DNA of 64,000 nucleotides from Phoronis australis (Eukaryota > Animalia > Phoronida). Both the position numbers and the translations under genes were made by a program. Positions within the stretch are counted from its first letter, which is position 1, and each line of letters starts with the position of its first letter. The DNA lies in contig NMRA01000256.1 in the NCBI GenBank assembly GCA_002633005.1, positions 176,068 through 240,067 of the forward strand, written 5' to 3'. Shown in pieces: positions 63,956-64,000 of the stretch. The notes under the pieces were generated by a model that searched no databases, was not told where the DNA came from, and saw only the letters and a program-made list of their open reading frames with translations.

Positions 63956-64000
63956 ACATTCTGTCAAAGAATTGAAATTCTTATTTAGACAACTCATCAC

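Overview
AT-rich, intron-rich, repeat-rich animal (invertebrate-type) genomic DNA with three protein-coding genes, all on the minus strand, assembled by hand from GT-AG sites and reading-frame phase. (1) A complete 8-exon pentameric ligand-gated ion channel of the glycine/GABA/GluCl branch (184-12886, about 474 aa). It lacks the second cysteine of the Cys-loop and the PAR anion-selectivity motif. (2) A complete 20-exon receptor tyrosine kinase (18459-47469, about 1254 aa). Its IPT repeats, TM segment and kinase are MET/RON-like, but its N-terminus is an usherin (USH2A)-like LamG-like + laminin N-terminal + laminin-EGF module instead of Sema/PSI. This is the most striking feature of the window. 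(3) The last two coding exons of LMAN2/VIP36 (57542-63187). Introns and intergenic DNA hold decayed Gypsy, LINE and Penelope fragments, three TTAA-flanked THAP-bearing Kolobok-like elements, hAT and Harbinger-type MITEs, a tRNA-derived SINE, Helentron/HINE-like arrays dense in CTCF-consensus motifs, a 28-bp minisatellite and an assembly gap. Homology calls rest on recalled family motifs, not database searches.
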